Of a stretch of DNA of 64,000 nt, positions 48,231 to 56,831 are shown piece after piece (within the stretch, counting starts at the first letter, position 1; each line of letters starts with the position of its first letter). The stretch lies in the NCBI GenBank assembly GCA_041913465.1, contig JAYSFJ010000015.1, positions 46,548 through 110,547 on the forward strand. The letters run 5' to 3'. Source of the DNA: Mesorhizobium sp. (lineage in GTDB: Bacteria; Pseudomonadota; Alphaproteobacteria; Rhizobiales; Rhizobiaceae). The position numbers and the translations under genes were made by a program. A model generated the notes under the pieces. It was not told where the DNA came from and did not search any database. It saw nothing but the letters and a program-made list of their open reading frames with translations.

Positions 48231-48434
48231 TCACGCAATGATGTCGGGAACGACCTTGTCGGAAAGCTGCAGCAGCCTGTCCTTGAGATGCAGCTTCTTC
48301 TTCTTCATCCGCTGGATCTGCAGCGGGTCGCAGCCGGTTGCGATCATGGCGTTGATCGCCGCGTCGAAATCGGCATGGTCCTGTTTGAGACGAGCGTATT
48401 CGAGTTTGATCTCTGCCTGGTCCTGGTCGGACAT
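48231..48434 (-). CDS. DUF465 (YdcH-like) small protein
   Basis: 67 aa. The LQIQRMKKKKLHLKDRL pattern is typical of DUF465. Confidence 0.8.
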   Translation of the reverse strand: MSDQDQAEIKLEYARLKQDHADFDAAINAMIATGCDPLQIQRMKKKKLHLKDRLLQLSDKVVPDIIA

Positions 48435-48667
48435 CTAGGTTCCGTCTCAATGCAATGCGCGTTTGCGCTAAATGTCGGGGAGCCCGGACACGGGACTGCG
48501 ACCGGCGAGTCGCCATATCACATTTCACCCTGAAACGAAATCCTACTCCTTGGAGTTCGACAATCCGCCTATTGGGTGGCACACTGTCATCGATCCGTCA
48601 TGAACGCCGTCCGGCGGGACGGCCTTCTCTGGCGGAAACGAGGAAACCAGCGAAGGGAGAAAGATAA

Positions 48668-48862
48668 ATGTCTTTGGTGTCCCACCTTGCGGAGCTCCAG
48701 AAGCGCCACAGCGAGATTGAAGAACAGATCGCCGAAGCGCAGGCCAGCCCATCCGTGGACGACATCGCGATCGTCGCGATGAAGCGCAGGAAACTGGCCC
48801 TCAAGGATCAGATCTTCCGGCTTCGCAATGCACGGGAAGAGGAAAAGCAGACCCGTCACTGA
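48668..48862 (+). CDS. DUF465 (YdcH-like) small protein, divergent paralog
   Basis: 64 aa. LQKRHSEIEEQI..AMKRRKLALKDQI. AAGGGAGAAAG ribosome-binding site upstream. Confidence 0.8.
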   Translation: MSLVSHLAELQKRHSEIEEQIAEAQASPSVDDIAIVAMKRRKLALKDQIFRLRNAREEEKQTRH

Positions 48863-48896
48863 TGTTCGATGCGCTTGACGCGCAAGATTTGACTTC

Positions 48897-48934
48897 GCGG
48901 CCCGTCGGTCCTCCCCGGCGGGCCGCTTGCGTTT
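48897..48934 (+). terminator. Terminator-like hairpin between the DUF465 and ArsR genes
   Basis: gcggcccgtcgg-tcctcc-ccggcgggccgc (one mismatch) followed by ttgcgttt. Confidence 0.55.
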
Positions 48935-48943
48935 ACGGCCGGC

Positions 48944-49207
48944 TCATTCCTGCCAGAACTGGTCGAGCCACAGGTTGAGCCGCAGGAAGCCCGCATTCTC
49001 GACCGCATAGATGCGCCGCGTGCCCTCTGAGCGGACAGAGACCAGACCGGCGTCGAGCAGGACTTTCAAATGCTGGGAAACGGCGGGCCGGGAGACGGGC
49101 AGTCCCGAGGCGAGTTCGTTCACCGTGCGCGGAGATCGCCGGAGTTCTTCCAGGATCGTCCGCCGGTTGGAATCCGATATCGCCAGGAACGAGTCTTCGA
49201 GCGCCAT
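48944..49207 (-). CDS. ArsR/SmtB family transcriptional regulator
   Basis: 87 aa. LSDSNRRTILEELRRSPRTVNELASGLPVSRPAVSQHLKVLLDAGLV. Confidence 0.85.
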   Translation of the reverse strand: MALEDSFLAISDSNRRTILEELRRSPRTVNELASGLPVSRPAVSQHLKVLLDAGLVSVRSEGTRRIYAVENAGFLRLNLWLDQFWQE

Positions 49208-49237
49208 ATCCCAGCGTAAGCGAGTGTGCCGGCCACT

Positions 49238-50488
49238 TCAACGGTTCTCGGGCGATTCGCCGCTGCGCGGATCGAGCCGCAGCGCCTCAGGGGTGGCGGC
49301 GCGCTCCGAAGGAAGGGTCTGGAACGTCTCGCGCTCGGCGATCGGCACAGGCGCGCGGGCGCGGATGCGAACCAGCGTGTAGGCAGCCAGCGCCAAGTGG
49401 GCGAGCGCCGTCGAGAGGAAGATCGCATCCGGCCGCAACTGTTCCATGAGCACCGCCGCCAGCACCGGCCCGATCATTGTGCCGAAGCCGTAGAGGAGCA
49501 GCAGCCCGCCCGACACCTTGACGAAATTCGCGGCGTCGGCATGGTCGTTCGCGTGGGCCACCGCGATCGAATAGAGCGTGTAGGCGAGCGCGCCGTAGCA
49601 GGCGGTCATAACCAGAACGAAGACGTCGGATCGCGGCTGGAGGAAGAAGATCAGCACGCCGATCAGGGCGGTGATCAGCGCCGCGCCGGCCAGCACGTTG
49701 CGGCGGTCGGTCATGTCGGAGATGCGCCCGACCGGTATCTGCATCGCGGCGCCGGCCACGACGGTCAGGCTCATCATCAGTGCGATCGTGGCCGTCGAGA
49801 CACCGATCTGCGCGCCGTAGACGGCGCCGAGCGTGCCCCAGGCGCCGTTGGCTATGCCAACAAGCAGACAGGCCGCCACGGAGACCGGAGAGTTGGCATA
49901 AAGCTTCCGGATGTCGAGCGACACTTCCTGCAGCGGCTTCGGGGTGACCGCCGTGGAGACGGCCGTGGGGATCAGGGAGAGGCAGAAGAAGATGCCGGCC
50001 ACCATGAAGAGCTTGTCGGTCGTCACGTCGCCGAAGGCGACGAGAAGCTGGCCGGCCATGATCGAGGCGTAGGTGACCATCATGTAGAGGCCGAAGACAG
50101 TACCGCGGTTTTCGTTGGTGGCGCGCTCGTTGAGCCAGCTTTCGATGACCATGAAGGCGCCGGCCATCGCGAAACCGGTGAAGACGCGCAGAACGACCCA
50201 GACGATCGGATGGATAAGCAGGCCCGTCATGAGCGCGATGATGGCGGCGGCAGCCGCAAACGCACCGAAAGCGCGCACATGGCCGACCCTTCGCACGAGA
50301 CGCGGCGCGAACAGGCAGCCGCCGACGAAACCGGCCGCCCAGGCGGTTCCGAGCAGACCGAGCGAGGAGGTCGAGAAGCCCTCGGCCTGACCGCGCAGCG
50401 GCAGGAGCAGGCCGTGCAGTCCAGAGGCGGCGAGCAGGAAGGCGGTACCCCGCAGAAGCGCGAGAATCGGACCGAAGGATGCGAACAT
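49238..50488 (-). CDS. MFS transporter
   Basis: 416 aa, 12 hydrophobic segments. Lies upstream of the ArsR gene on the same strand. Confidence 0.85.
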   Translation of the reverse strand: MFASFGPILALLRGTAFLLAASGLHGLLLPLRGQAEGFSTSSLGLLGTAWAAGFVGGCLFAPRLVRRVGHVRAFGAFAAAAAIIALMTGLLIHPIVWVVLRVFTGFAMAGAFMVIESWLNERATNENRGTVFGLYMMVTYASIMAGQLLVAFGDVTTDKLFMVAGIFFCLSLIPTAVSTAVTPKPLQEVSLDIRKLYANSPVSVAACLLVGIANGAWGTLGAVYGAQIGVSTATIALMMSLTVVAGAAMQIPVGRISDMTDRRNVLAGAALITALIGVLIFFLQPRSDVFVLVMTACYGALAYTLYSIAVAHANDHADAANFVKVSGGLLLLYGFGTMIGPVLAAVLMEQLRPDAIFLSTALAHLALAAYTLVRIRARAPVPIAERETFQTLPSERAATPEALRLDPRSGESPENR

Positions 50489-50639
50489 GAAGGGCTTCCG
50501 CTTTGGGATTCGGTTCGGCTGAAGATACCTGCTTTATGTCCTTTCAACGACCCCGCGGGCGACGGTTCGGGTTCGTTTGCGTCGCATACCCGATCTGATA
50601 GCACTGGTGACAGAAGGATTATTACCGGGGAGGCGCGAC

Positions 50640-51110
50640 ATGGACCGACTGAGCCTGCAGGATCCGCTGTTTGCCACCTATGCGATTTGCGCCGCGCTGA
50701 TGATCCTCAAGGCGGTGGGCATGTCCTGGCTCACCGTCTACCGCATGACCAAGGTGAAGGGTGGTTACCGTTCCCCCGAGGATCTGCGCAGGACGCGGCT
50801 CAATCCGGAGCCCGATCCGAGCCAGCTCGGGCCGAACGATTATGTCGACCGGATCCGCCGGATCCAGCTCAACGATCTGGAAAACCTGCCCTTCTTCCTG
50901 GCAGCCGGCTTCCTGTTCGTGATCGCAGGACCGTCACTGCTTCATGCGCAGATCCTGCTCTACGGCTATGTCGTGTCGCGCCTCTTGCATTTCGCGGCCT
51001 ATCTGACCGCGCAGACCCATGATGTCCGTGCCACCTTCTGGACGATCGGCTCGCTGATGCTGATCTACATGACGCTCTACGTGCTCGCCGCAGCCCTCGG
51101 GCTTGTCTGA
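50640..51110 (+). CDS. MAPEG family membrane protein (microsomal GST-like)
   Basis: Within ORF 50577..51110, ATG at 50640. RIRRIQLNDLENLPFFL is the MAPEG signature region. Four helices. Confidence 0.8.
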   Translation: MDRLSLQDPLFATYAICAALMILKAVGMSWLTVYRMTKVKGGYRSPEDLRRTRLNPEPDPSQLGPNDYVDRIRRIQLNDLENLPFFLAAGFLFVIAGPSLLHAQILLYGYVVSRLLHFAAYLTAQTHDVRATFWTIGSLMLIYMTLYVLAAALGLV

Positions 51111-51113
51111 GGC

Positions 51114-51305
51114 CTAGCGCTTGAACAGCGCGTCGGCGGCGCTGCGGGTCGTGCCCTTGGCCGCCTTCTCCGCCTCCAGGCGCGATATCTCCTCGCGCAG
51201 CAGATTGATCCGCTCTGTCAGTTCGCCGACCGAGAGGGTCGCCAGATCCTGGCCGATCTCGTGGACCAGCTTCCTCTTTCTCGGTTCCTCCTCGAACAAG
51301 GCCAT
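51114..51305 (-). CDS. DUF1192 family protein
   Basis: 63 aa. LSVGELTERINLLREEISRLEAE is the typical DUF1192 coiled motif. Confidence 0.8.
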   Translation of the reverse strand: MALFEEEPRKRKLVHEIGQDLATLSVGELTERINLLREEISRLEAEKAAKGTTRSAADALFKR

Positions 51306-51395
51306 GGCGTTCTCCGGTTTGCCTCATTGCCCGCAGAGGTTACATAGGGCCTGGCGATGGATGCGAACAAGCCCCGGCAGCGGGGGAGGATGTGA

Positions 51396-52406
51396 ATGAA
51401 ACAGACGGCGAAACTCCCGGCGGCGATGACGGCTATCGCGATTACCGAACCCGGCGGACCGATGGTGCTGAAACCCGAGAGGCGGCCGCTGCCGCTGCCC
51501 GGTCCGGGGGAAATCCTGATCAGGGTGAAGGCGGCGGGCGTGAACCGGCCCGACGTGCTGCAGCGGCAGGGCGCCTATCCGCCGCCGCCGGGCGCATCGG
51601 ACCTGCCCGGCCTGGAAGTGGCCGGCGAGGTCGCGGCGCTTGGAGAGGGCGTGAAGAGATGGCGTATCGGCGACGCGGTGACGGCGCTCACGCCGGGCGG
51701 CGGTTATGCCGAGTTCTGCCTCGTCGACGAGAGCAACGCCCTGCCGGTGCCGCACGGCTTCACCTTCACCGAGGCGGCCGCGGTGCCTGAAACCTTCTTC
51801 ACCGTCTGGCACAACGTCTTCCAGCGCGGCGGGCTGAAGGCGGGCGAGACCTTCCTTGTGCATGGCGGCACGTCGGGCATCGGCACCGCGGCGATCCAGC
51901 TTGCCAAGGCGTTCGGTGCGCGCGTGATCGCGACCGCCGGCTCGGCCGAAAAGTGCGAAGCCTGCACGAAACTCGGCGCCGATCGGGCCGTGAACTACCG
52001 GAGCGAGGATTTCGTCGCAGCCGTGAAGGAGGCAACCGGCGGCAAGGGCGCGGACGTGATCCTCGACATGGTGGGCGGCGACTATATCGGCCGCAACTAC
52101 GACGCCGCGGCAGTCGACGGACGGATCGTCCAGATCGCGTTCCTGCAGGGTGCGAAAGCGAACGCCGACTTCACCAAGCTGATGATCAAGCGTCTGACGC
52201 ATACCGGCTCGACGCTTCGCCCGCGCAGCGTCGAGTTCAAGGCAGGCATTGCCGCCGAGCTCGAGCGGCAAGTCTGGCCGCTGCTCGCGGAGCGCAGAAT
52301 CGCGCCCGTCATGGACATGATCTTCCCCCTGCGCGAGGCATGGCGGGCGCACGAGCGCATGCAGGAAGGCGAGCATATCGGCAAGATCGTCCTGGATGTC
52401 GGCTGA
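51396..52406 (+). CDS. qor: NAD(P)H:quinone oxidoreductase (zinc-type ADH superfamily, PIG3/Qor group)
   Basis: 336 aa. GEILIRVKAAGVNRPDVLQRQGAYPPPPGASDLPGLEVAGEV and VHGGTSGIGTAAIQLAK. Confidence 0.9.
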   Translation: MKQTAKLPAAMTAIAITEPGGPMVLKPERRPLPLPGPGEILIRVKAAGVNRPDVLQRQGAYPPPPGASDLPGLEVAGEVAALGEGVKRWRIGDAVTALTPGGGYAEFCLVDESNALPVPHGFTFTEAAAVPETFFTVWHNVFQRGGLKAGETFLVHGGTSGIGTAAIQLAKAFGARVIATAGSAEKCEACTKLGADRAVNYRSEDFVAAVKEATGGKGADVILDMVGGDYIGRNYDAAAVDGRIVQIAFLQGAKANADFTKLMIKRLTHTGSTLRPRSVEFKAGIAAELERQVWPLLAERRIAPVMDMIFPLREAWRAHERMQEGEHIGKIVLDVG

Positions 52407-52625
52407 GTGTGGGCCGCCCGGACTCTTTCGTCTCCCGCGTGGTCACGACAAATCCGACACTGTCTTCGATTTGTGCAGTGCAAAACGCTCGACGAGATGC
52501 CAAAGGAGATGCTTCCGGTTATTTTGGTCCCGATGCGATTCGATGAGCTTGACGTTTGAGCCCCGCCGAGTTTTCCGACCAGTCCAACCGTCGGGCGTCC
52601 GGTTCGCTCGGGTAGGCCCTCAACG

Positions 52626-52650
52626 GGAACGGCTAGCCGGCAAGAGCGTT
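52626..52650 (+). promoter_or_regulatory. EcfG-type promoter motif upstream of the glycosyltransferase/sulfotransferase operon
   Basis: GGAAC-ggctagccggcaagag-CGTT, a perfect N16 match, in the non-coding stretch 141 nt upstream of the ATG at 52792 and in the same orientation as the operon. A single chance hit per window is plausible, so confidence is moderate. Confidence 0.4.
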
Positions 52651-52791
52651 CGTCAGGATGGCATGGCAGGCGCCACACGAATGCAATGCCTTGGCGTTAT
52701 CGCGTAGCACCACACCCATCAATGTAACAAGCTTTGAAGGGCTCATGAAGGCAGCATATCCTTTCAACATCGCGCTGCGGGACAATCCCTC

Positions 52792-53280
52792 ATGCTGATC
52801 GCGACATCGAATTGCTTTGATGTCAGCGAGAGCGTTGATGGCTTGCTTGCGTGGGACGGGCCAGCGCTTCTTGTGTTTCTTCCCGGCTCCAACCCGGGCC
52901 GAAAGAGGCTCAGGGAACTCGAGCAGGATTTTCTCGTTCTCGATTGCCTCGAAAGGCCGGCGGCCGCCAGCTGCCTACTGCTGGATATACTCTCGTTGCT
53001 GAAGGTGCGCTTCGACAGCGAGAGCTGGCCGCTGCTGTACATGGATCGGCCGGGCGATGCGGATTTCGTCAAGGCCCAGTGCGAATTGGGACGGCGTCTT
53101 CCTGGCAGCCTCGAGGCGAGCTTCTCGGACGCAGGCGAACTGGCAACGCTACGGCTGGGGGAGATGATAGCGACGAGTCCGGTACTACGAGACGTCGTTT
53201 CGTTCATGTGCGAGAACCGCGTCGACGACCGCCGCATGGTCGGTCTGCTCAATCTATGCTTTCCCGGTGACCGCTCATGA
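52792..53280 (+). CDS. Hypothetical 162-aa protein, first gene of the operon
   Basis: ORF 52792..53280. Third-position GC about 75% by hand count. The stop overlaps the next ATG (ATGA at 53277-53280), which suggests translational coupling. No recognisable motif and no clear SD. Confidence 0.45.
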   Translation: MLIATSNCFDVSESVDGLLAWDGPALLVFLPGSNPGRKRLRELEQDFLVLDCLERPAAASCLLLDILSLLKVRFDSESWPLLYMDRPGDADFVKAQCELGRRLPGSLEASFSDAGELATLRLGEMIATSPVLRDVVSFMCENRVDDRRMVGLLNLCFPGDRS

Positions 53281-55823
53281 CGGATCTGCTGGCCATATGG
53301 CGCAGGTACGCGTCGATGGCGAACATTCTCGATCGACGTCCGGATTTCAGGTTCGATCCCGATTTCTACGGAGCGCAAAGACGGGAGCTGGACCAGGATC
53401 CCCAGGCTCTTCTCGCGCACTACGAGCAAAGCGGCAGAGAGGAGGGGTCTGCACCGACCCTCTACCGCAGCATCGCGCCGGAAAATCCGGACATGATCGC
53501 AGTCATCGGCCGCCTCGTCACCGATCCGAAACTGTCGAAAGCCATCGAGAGCGGAGATCCCGAGGCCTATCATCTGGCGTTCGAATTGATGCGTCTTGGG
53601 GCTCCCGTCGATGCAAGCATGTCGAATTTCTCGGCGCAGGCATATCAGGGCACCTACTACGACATCGGAAAGGCCGGCGTCGATCCGCTGATCCACTACC
53701 TCCTGTACGGCTCGAAGGAAGGGCGCCAGACGCTGGAACAGCTACGTGCGTCCCGCCATCAGGGGCGCGCCACTTTTTCCCCGGACAAACCGACCTGTCT
53801 GATCGCCACGCACGAGCTTTCGCGCACGGGGGCACCAGTCGTCGCGCTCGATCTCGTCCGCGAGGCCTCTCAGACGCATAATGTGATCGTCGCGTCGTTG
53901 AGGGACGGGCCGCTTCTGGCCGACTTTCTGGAGTATGCCTGCGAGGCTGTCGTCACGACGAAACTGCTTGGCGATTTCGCGCACTATAAAAGCGAGGCTT
54001 TTGCAAAGATCGAATTCGCCATCGTCAACTCCGTCGAGGCGTGGGCGTTCATCCCGTTTCTGGTCGCCCGGGAAATACCCTTCGCGTCCTATGTTCATGA
54101 GTATGCGAACTACCTCTTTCCGACATACAAATCGACGTTCACAGGGCTTTTCGCAGATCTGCTGGTCTTCTCTTCCGAGCACGTGCGGGACAGCTGGGAG
54201 GGACGGCTTCAGGATATCGAATTCGATACCGCTCGCGATTCCACAATCCTCAGACAGCGCAACTTCTCGGTTGGAGGGGTGGATACTGTGGCGCTTGAGG
54301 GCGCTCGGGCGCGCCTGTCGAGCATTCTCGGCCGCGATCTTTCGAAGGTTCGTCTCGTCTGCGGGGCAGGGCATCTGCAGTGGCGAAAGGGCACCGACAT
54401 CTTCGTCATGGCAGCCCAGATCTGCCGATCCCGCGACCGTGACACCGTTTTCGTGTGGATCGGCGACGGGCTGAACTTCGAGGACATCGGCTTCGGCGTA
54501 TGGATGAAATACCATATGCGTCAGGCGGGCTCGGATCGGGCCGGAGGAAACCTGTACTTCCTGCCGGCTGGCCCGGCCTATGGAGACCTGCTGGCGGCGT
54601 CCGATGCGATGTTCGTATCGTCGCGGCTCGATCCGCTCCCGAACGTGGTATTCGACGCACTGGATACCGGCTGCAGGATCGTCCAGTTCGAGGGTGCTTC
54701 GGGCTTCGGCGACAGTCTCTATTCGTCTACCGAGCATTTCATATCGGTTGAGTACGGCAATCCCCAGGCCGCGGCCGAGGCGATAGTGTCGCTGCCACGC
54801 AAAAGACCCTCTGCGGGGGTCGTGTCTCCGCCGCCCCCGCGTCTCTTCGCGAACATTCGAAAGAGCCTTGAGGCGAGGCTTGCGGCGCAGCGTTATTTCG
54901 TGCGCGGTGCGAGCCTGATCGACGTGCCAGTACTCTTCACCACCGACGCGGAGGATCAGCCGCTGCGCGCTCTCGAGAGGGAGAAGATACAACGCTATGG
55001 TCGGCGCTTCGTCTGGCGCGATCCGGCGGAAGCGGAAGAGGAAATCGCGAGTTCCGACAACTGGGTGCATAAGAAGCTACGGCTTGCGCCCTACCGCCAG
55101 GTACGGAATGTGCCCGAGACGGAATTCTCCATCCATGTCCACGCCTATTACACTGACGAACTGAATGACGACCTGAAGCATTACCGCGCCTACCGCTGTG
55201 CCAAACGGATAGTCGTCACGACGGATACGGATAGGAAGGCTGAAGAGATCCGCAAGTTCGCCTTGCTGGAGGGACTGTCGCCCGAAGTTCTGGTCGTGCC
55301 CAATCGGGGGCGGGATATCCTTCCATTCCTGGAGCTGTTCGACGAAGGAGGGGTCGCCGGCGAGGACGACATATGGTGTCATGTCCATCAGAAGAAGTCG
55401 CTGGGGCGGGCCGGTGAAGTCTGGCGGAGGTTCCTCATGCGAATTCTGCTGGGCGACGATAAGGAGTTGTCAACCGCGCTGCATCTGGCCAGCGGGGACG
55501 GAGTGGGCCTTGTCGCTCCGTTCGATCCCTACCTGGTGTCCTGGAACGCGTCGCGCGAGCTGCTGCCCAAGTTCGAGCCGCGCCTGTCGGGGCCACTTCC
55601 CAGCAATCCTCTCTTGTTTCCGGTCGGAAATATGTTCTGGATACGCAGTTCCGTGGTTCTGGCCATGCGGGATTTGTTCGGGCACAATTATCCGTGGCCG
55701 AATGAGCCGATCCCGGACGACGGAACCGAGTTCCATCTGATCGAGCGGCTCTGGCCCGCATTGGCCGCTCAGGTCGGGATGGATTCGGTATTTGTGCATA
55801 AGCTGGACCAGAAGAGGGTGTGA
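53277..55823 (+). CDS. Fusion glycosyltransferase: N-terminal repeat region, GT4-like (Glycos_transf_1) domain and RgpF (rhamnan synthesis protein F)-like domain
   Basis: 848 aa. Two FD..Y......DPL.HY...G..EGR-type repeats lie at aa 25-60 and 118-150. The GT-B core has VRLVCGAGHLQWRKGTDIF..VWIGDG..ASDAMFVSSRLDPLPNVVFDAL. The C-terminal part carries RgpF motifs (VVPNRGRDILPF, HVHQKKS, PVGNMFW, FHLIERLW). Confidence 0.85.
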   Translation: MTDLLAIWRRYASMANILDRRPDFRFDPDFYGAQRRELDQDPQALLAHYEQSGREEGSAPTLYRSIAPENPDMIAVIGRLVTDPKLSKAIESGDPEAYHLAFELMRLGAPVDASMSNFSAQAYQGTYYDIGKAGVDPLIHYLLYGSKEGRQTLEQLRASRHQGRATFSPDKPTCLIATHELSRTGAPVVALDLVREASQTHNVIVASLRDGPLLADFLEYACEAVVTTKLLGDFAHYKSEAFAKIEFAIVNSVEAWAFIPFLVAREIPFASYVHEYANYLFPTYKSTFTGLFADLLVFSSEHVRDSWEGRLQDIEFDTARDSTILRQRNFSVGGVDTVALEGARARLSSILGRDLSKVRLVCGAGHLQWRKGTDIFVMAAQICRSRDRDTVFVWIGDGLNFEDIGFGVWMKYHMRQAGSDRAGGNLYFLPAGPAYGDLLAASDAMFVSSRLDPLPNVVFDALDTGCRIVQFEGASGFGDSLYSSTEHFISVEYGNPQAAAEAIVSLPRKRPSAGVVSPPPPRLFANIRKSLEARLAAQRYFVRGASLIDVPVLFTTDAEDQPLRALEREKIQRYGRRFVWRDPAEAEEEIASSDNWVHKKLRLAPYRQVRNVPETEFSIHVHAYYTDELNDDLKHYRAYRCAKRIVVTTDTDRKAEEIRKFALLEGLSPEVLVVPNRGRDILPFLELFDEGGVAGEDDIWCHVHQKKSLGRAGEVWRRFLMRILLGDDKELSTALHLASGDGVGLVAPFDPYLVSWNASRELLPKFEPRLSGPLPSNPLLFPVGNMFWIRSSVVLAMRDLFGHNYPWPNEPIPDDGTEFHLIERLWPALAAQVGMDSVFVHKLDQKRV

Positions 55824-56831
55824 GTGCCGAAGTTCATATTTCATGTTGGAATGGGAAAGACCGGGTCGACGACAATTCAGGCTGCGTTGGCGGAAAATTC
55901 TTCGGTTTTGGCCGCAAAGGGCTATTTATATTTAGGGCAATGGCTAGGTATAGTTCGACCAGAGTTTGATGAATTTGCAGGGTTTCAATTATTTCTTGAG
56001 CAATCCCCGCGGGAGTTTGATATTTCTTCGTTCCTTTTCCTTAATGCGGCTGAAGATGTTAATATTGGCAGGAAACTCGATAAGTTCATAGTATCAAATG
56101 AGCAGTATTTAGAAAACGTGGCGAAGACAGAGCCATTCTTCAGGGGTATTTCTCGTCGCAGGGAATTAGAGATAATTATATATGTAAGACCGCCTGCGAC
56201 TTGGTTGCCGTCTGCATATATGCAGTGGGGGGTTATACATAAAACAAATCTCGGCCGGTTAGAGTCGTTCTCTGTGCAAGCCCGTGAATTGATGAAGCAG
56301 TATGGGTATATTCGTCAATGGCGCGAGTTGTTTGGCTCTGCTGTCACTGTCCGACCCTTTGATGATAAGTTGGATGTAGTCAAAGACATATCTGATCATC
56401 TTCAAGTGGAATTGGTATCTCACTTGGGGAGGCATCAAGGTCGCCCTGGTGTTTCTGAAGCGCTATTGCGCGGAATGTGCAACAATGTACATCCGGGTAT
56501 TGCATTTCCCGATTTTTACGACGAGATCCTCGCGCGAGGAATCCCGGCCGGCACGCCCCGAAGCTTATCCGCTAAATTCTCATATATGTTTGATGTCGGA
56601 GATATACCGGAAATAATTGCGGAGAATCGTGAAACTATTTCATATATTGAGCGGGAATTTGGACTTGATATGTCCAGCTATGATGCACCGCTCCAAGGGA
56701 ATTTCAATCTAAACGAGCTAACCAACGATATTCTAGGGACGATGATGGATTTAGTATTCAGTCAAGCTCATCAAATAAAAGGTCTCTCTTCTAGAATCGA
56801 AGAGCTTGAACGCCGGAATAAGCCTCGATGA
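55824..56831 (+). CDS. Putative sulfotransferase (P-loop-like 5'-PSB motif), low-GC gene
   Basis: 335 aa. GTG start directly after the upstream TGA, with AAGAGGG 5 nt upstream. The N-terminal FIFHVGMGKTGSTTIQ resembles the PAPS 5'-phosphosulfate-binding loop of bacterial sulfotransferase-like families. About 45% GC (435/960 hand count over 55861-56820). Confidence 0.7.
   Translation: MPKFIFHVGMGKTGSTTIQAALAENSSVLAAKGYLYLGQWLGIVRPEFDEFAGFQLFLEQSPREFDISSFLFLNAAEDVNIGRKLDKFIVSNEQYLENVAKTEPFFRGISRRRELEIIIYVRPPATWLPSAYMQWGVIHKTNLGRLESFSVQARELMKQYGYIRQWRELFGSAVTVRPFDDKLDVVKDISDHLQVELVSHLGRHQGRPGVSEALLRGMCNNVHPGIAFPDFYDEILARGIPAGTPRSLSAKFSYMFDVGDIPEIIAENRETISYIEREFGLDMSSYDAPLQGNFNLNELTNDILGTMMDLVFSQAHQIKGLSSRIEELERRNKPR

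Noticed and set aside
52658-52798. 46-codon plus-strand ORF (MAWQAPHECNALALS..) just downstream of the EcfG-like motif
   Set aside because: It has no convincing SD and no recognisable family, and is probably 5' UTR. It is kept only as a note because its stop overlaps the ATG at 52792.
52637-52960. Minus-strand stop-free frame (..GKKHKKRWPVPRKQAINALADIKAIRCRDQHEGLSRSAMLKGYAAFMSPSKLVTLMGVVLRDNAKALHSCGACHAILTNALAG) that could be a mobile-element gene remnant at the left edge of the low-GC block
   Set aside because: It has no start codon giving more than 46 aa and no integrase/transposase motif I can recognise. It overlaps the better-supported plus-strand ORF 52792..53280, which is coupled to the next gene. 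BLASTX of 52407-53280 would settle it.
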